A model generated the notes under the pieces. It saw nothing but the letters and a program-made list of their open reading frames with translations. It did not search any database and was not told where the DNA came from. Positions 59,786-64,000 of a stretch of DNA of 64,000 nt are shown here, in pieces. Position numbers and translations under genes: made by a program. Numbering within the stretch: the first letter of the stretch is position 1; each line of letters starts with the position of its first letter. The stretch is from Mustelus asterias (Eukaryota), in NCBI RefSeq assembly GCF_964213995.1, contig NW_027590120.1:1178001-1242000 (forward strand), given 5' to 3'.

Positions 59786-61253
59786 ATGTGGTTACTCAGC
59801 TTCCGGGTTATGTGGGGAGCATTTCTGGCAGGTAACTGTTCGAAGGAACAATTTCATATTTTCTTTAGCTTTGTTGTTTACATATTTGCACACTTTTAGT
59901 CTCATCTGTTGCTGTGTGATTTTCTTTAGACCTGACACATGGAAATTCTGTCGCGCAGCGGCTCTCCACAGAAATGGGGACAGAAGGAGAAGCAGTGACA
60001 TTCACCTTTACATCTGATTCTACAGAGAGCAGCTATTATTTGTACTGTTACCGACAGCACCCAGCTACACAACCTGAGTTTATACGGTGGAAAGAATCCT
60101 GGGGTTCTGAAGATAAAACAAATGTTGCAAAAATGCGTTTCTCTACAGAGCTCGAGGGAATAACGTCAGCAGATTAACTATATCGAGTCTGCAGCTGACT
60201 GACGCTACCGTCAATTTCTGCGCTTTTAGTCTCACAATGATAAGAACATAAGAACATAAGAAATAGGAGCAGGAGTAGGCCATCTAGCCCCTCGAGCCTG
60301 CCCCGCCATTCAATAAGATCATGGCTGATCTGACGTGGATCAGTACCACTTACCCGCCTGATCCCCATAACCCTTAATTCCCTTATCGCTCAGGAATCCA
60401 TCCATCCGCGCTTTAAACATATTCAGCGAGGTAGCCTCCACCACCTCAGTGGGCAGAGAATTCCAGAGATTCACCACCCTCTGGGAGAAGAAGTTCCTCC
60501 TCAACTCTGTCTTAAACCGACCCCCCTTTATTTTGAGGCTGTGTCCTCTAGTTTTAACTTCCTTACTAAGTGGAAAGAATCTCTCCGCCTCCACCCTATC
60601 CAGCCCCCGTATTATCTTATAAGTCTCCATAAGATCCCCCCTCATCCTTCTAAACTCCAACGAGTACAAACCCAATCTCCTCAGCCTCTCCTCATAATCC
60701 AAACCCCTCATCTCCGGTATCAACCTGGTGAACCTTCTCTGCACTCCCTCCAATGCCAATATATCCTTCCTCATATAAGGGGACCAATACTGCACACAGT
60801 ATTCCAGCTGCGGCCTCACCAATGCCCTGTACAGGTGCATCAAGACATCCCTGCTTTTATATTCTATCCCCCTCGCAATATAGGCCAACATCCCATTTGC
60901 CTTCTTGATCACCTGTTGTACCTGCAGACTGGGCTTTTGCGTCTCATGCACAAGGACCCCCAGGTCCCTTTGCACGGTAGCATGTTTTAATTTGTTTCCA
61001 TTGAGATAGTAATCCCATTTGTTATTATTTCCTCCAAAGTGTATAACCTCGCATTTATCAACGTTATACTCCATTTGCCATATCCTCGCCCACTCACTCA
61101 GCCTGTCCAAATCTCTCTGCAGATCTTCTCCGTCCTCCACACGATTCACTTTTCCACTTATCTTTGTGTCGTCTGCAAACTTCGTTACCCTACACTCCGT
61201 CCCCTCCTCCAGATCATCTATATAGAAAGCATTGTTACCGCCATACAGAAACT
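59786..61253 (+). pseudogene. TCR V pseudogene (V4), paralog of V1; leader 59786-59831, V exon 59930-60232, RSS split by a CR1
   Basis: Leader MWLLSFRVMWGAFLA-G|GT. V exon has Cys to Phe, Trp to Cys and a frameshift, ending LQLTDATVNFCAFS. Heptamer CACAATG at 60233-60239, nonamer ACAGAAACT at 61245-61253. Confidence 0.9.
60243..61221 (-). mobile_element. Young 5'-truncated CR1 LINE inserted in the V4 RSS spacer
   Basis: Open RT C-terminal frame (KFADDTK, LVRPQLEYC), (AAGAACAT)n tail, and ATA on both sides. Confidence 0.93.
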
Positions 61254-61789
61254 CTATATAGGAGCTCCTGTCTGTGCGTGCCTGTGTATACTCGCTGGAG
61301 AATGCAACAATGAACAGTGCGGAGTCAGACACTCAAATACACATCAAGAAATCAAATTAACCTCGGACCAAACCGCCACTCAAACGCGACCAGGAGCGAC
61401 AGCGAAAATAAGTTGCTCTTTTATTAGAGACAGGAGCTCCGGATGAAAATCCGGTCTGTTAATTACCACTAGCAATCTGATATTCTGGAAAAATTAAACA
61501 TTCAAGCATTGGGAAGACGTGCTGAAGCACAGTACACATGTGGAGAGGGGCACTTTTTCTGTTTGCTTCAGTGATCATTTCTTTTGAAATCTGTCGATTA
61601 TCTTTGAACTGCCTCTTACCCAGCAGCACACTCTGGCCAAACACATATTCTGTAAACATAGATCGGGAAGGTGACGGGGGAGATGGCTAAAGGACAGGTC
61701 ATTACTGCAGCCAAGCTTAATTGCAAAATATCCCTCACTCTCTCTTTAAAAAAGACCAGAAAGACTCCAAGATAAGGAGTAAACATTTT

Positions 61790-62050
61790 ACACCTGTGGT
61801 GTGGAGAAATTCCTTCACCCAGAGAGTGAAGAATGTGTGGAATTCACGACCACAGAAAGTAGTTGAAACCAAAACGTTGTATTATTTCAAGAAGAAATTA
61901 TATGTAGCTCTTGGGGCTAAAGGGATCAAGGCATATGGGAGGTGGGAGGGGGAGGCAGCATCAAGATATTGAATTCGATTTTCAGCCATGATCATAATAA
62001 ACGGCAGATCAGGCTTGAAGGGCCAAATGGCCTACTTCTGTTTCTTTGTT
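61790..62050 (+). mobile_element. Degraded CR1 3' end
   Basis: RNSFTQRVKNVWNS..FKKKL and a 3' UTR. Confidence 0.7.
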
Positions 62051-62235
62051 TCTGTGATAATTGTGCTACATACTTGAATTTATGAGGTTCAGTATTATCA
62101 ATGCACTGAAATCCGGAGTTGATTCTCATTTTCTTTTATTTTTATTTTTCTTTTTAAGGATATTTTTGGAATGTCGCTTTGACGCTCGAGGTGTCATTTC
62201 AACTATCGCTGCCGTTTAGCACTCTTAGCACACTT

Positions 62236-62253
62236 TAGCGCCCTCTGGTGAGA
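62236..62253 (-). promoter_or_regulatory. CTCF-like motif about 900 bp upstream of the V5 leader
   Basis: Minus strand TCACCAGAGGGCGCTA. Confidence 0.6.
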
Positions 62254-63151
62254 ACTAACTGGGTATCTCTATCTAGGATTTTCTATGGATTTTCTTTTTT
62301 CCCTATATTTGTGGCAGCGAAATACGCAGCGGTGTCGGACAGAAGCACAAAAGTGACGTTTAAATGAATAATTTCCTTTAATCGTTTACTCAATTACTAA
62401 AGCTGTGTACTGTTCTCCAGCTGAGATATCGCCAACAATCAGTGCAATTGCAACAGTATTTAACTTAATTTCTCTTGAACATCGTCAGCTTTGGAAAAAA
62501 GGGCAACATCCAAATCACCCTTCCCAATTGATGGCTCCATCTTTAGATTAAATGTCTGTGTTTTGCGTGCAAGAACATACAAATCGCTCTGCACACCAGA
62601 AAGAAATAATTTCTCACTAATTACAATGTTTTATATTTCCTTTCTCTTCCCTGCAAATTGAATAGCATATTTTTCTATTCATGTCCCCAGTTGACGCGTC
62701 ACATAAACTCCACATAACCCTTGGCAGGACTTTCTATCTCTCTCTACAGCTGACTATGTAACGTCACTTTGTATTATCCGAAAACTTCGATAAATTACAC
62801 CTGCCCTCTCTGCATGTTAATAAAGTCCAGGTGAATAGCAGTGCTTCAGGGAGGCGGCTCACCAACACCTTTCCCGAGGATATCAAAGATGAAGAAATAA
62901 GCACTGGTCTTACCAGTGACGCTGGAATTAAGTGAAAAAATTAAATGCTTAACTGAACGTAATTCAATTGGATTCACGGTTATCACTGTTCCAATGGTAA
63001 AGCTATCAGAATTATTGAGAAAATGTGGAAAAACTCATTAATTTGTGCTAGTTTCCGCTCATCATAAGGCAACACCGGCAAATTACTGGGGGCGGGGTTT
63101 AGAATAGATTCTGTCAAATACCCAACTCTTTTCACAGCGCGGAAAGAGGCA

Positions 63152-63658
63152 GCACGGCTGCTCAGCATCTGGGTAGTGTGGGGAGCATTCTTGGCTGGTA
63201 AATGGGAATAAATACATTTCATCTTTTCTCTGACTTATCAAGCATGGCTCAAATATTTCCATATTTCTGGCCTGGCCAGTTTTTATTTGATTATGTTTCT
63301 TTGTTTTTTCAGATGTGACTAATGGAGATTCTGTCACTCAGCGGTTCCCCTCAGATTATAAAACAGAAGGAGAAGCGGTGACATTGACCTGTACCTATGA
63401 TGCCACAGCCACCAATTATTACTTACACTGGTATCGACAGCGCCCAGAGAAACAACCGGAATTTATAGTGATGAAAAGCTCTTTGGACACTGAGGATACA
63501 GCAAGTTTTACTCCAATCCGTTTCTCTGCTGAGCTCCAGATCGAGAATAAAGTCACCAGTTTAACCATCTCGGGCCTGCAGGTGACTGACGCTGGCGGCT
63601 ATTACTGAGCTTTCAGTCACTCAGTGATAGAAAACATTATCACCGCCGTACAAAAGCT
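63152..63658 (+). pseudogene. TCR V pseudogene (V5), paralog of V1; leader 63152-63197, V exon 63313-63619, 23-RSS 63620-63658
   Basis: Start codon replaced by GCA. V exon GDSVTQ..VTLTC..LHWYRQ..LTISGLQVTDAGGYY is followed by TGA in place of Cys (63606-63608). RSS CTCAGTG-23-ACAAAAGCT. Confidence 0.92.
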
Positions 63659-64000
63659 CTAGATAGGAGCTGCTGTCTGCTGCGGATTGTTTACAATCGC
63701 GGGCAGATTCAGTCACAATGAACATCGGCGCTGCCAGCTGCTCAAACACAGCGAAGCGAAACCAGAATAACCTCGGATTAAACATTCACCCAACAGTTTC
63801 CAGGACCAACAGAGAGCCGACAGTTCAGTTCAACCCGTTCCCTTTCCCGAAACCGCACTCGCTCAGGGTGGGAACTCTGATCCTCACACTGAACGGCTGT
63901 GAACACAAATGTCAATTAACCAAAGCACATGATTAATAAATTACTAAAACGTGGCATTTGATTAGAAAAATACAATCACACAGTATCAGCAGGATCAGAG

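Noticed and set aside
63684-63750. D segment downstream of V5 or V1 (NAR-TCR- or Ig-cluster-like V-D unit)
   Set aside because: No credible 5' nonamer-12-CACTGTG signal precedes the second heptamer. No D, J or C segment was recognised in the window.

Overview
This is eukaryotic genomic DNA from an elasmobranch, most likely a shark, judged from its HE1/V-SINE-type SINEs and CR1 LINEs. It lies inside the variable-segment array of a T-cell receptor alpha/delta-type locus. Five V gene segments can be reconstructed with leader exon, intron, V exon and 23-bp-spacer RSS. One is apparently functional (2389-2886, +); four are pseudogenes (4042-4509 -, 57227-57674 -, 59786-61253 +, 63152-63658 +), so orientation is mixed. 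Between the two V clusters lie two intact two-exon class A GPCR genes of the GPR139/GPR142-like type (22285-29244 -, 51213-53394 -) and a LINE-truncated first exon of a third copy (19515-19563 -). Most of the remainder is CR1 LINE sequence (one near full-length copy), a Rex1/Babar-like LINE, V-SINEs, minisatellites and two assembly gaps. Notable extras are CTCF-like motifs beside V segments, a CR1 inserted inside an RSS spacer, a perfect 65-bp-arm palindrome in a V promoter, minimal hammerhead-ribozyme motifs in Penelope-type repeats, a tandem SINE-head array of CACAGTG heptamers, several template-switch scars and an orphan TATA/Kozak exon pair. Everything was read by eye and no database searches were run. 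Repeat boundaries are approximate.
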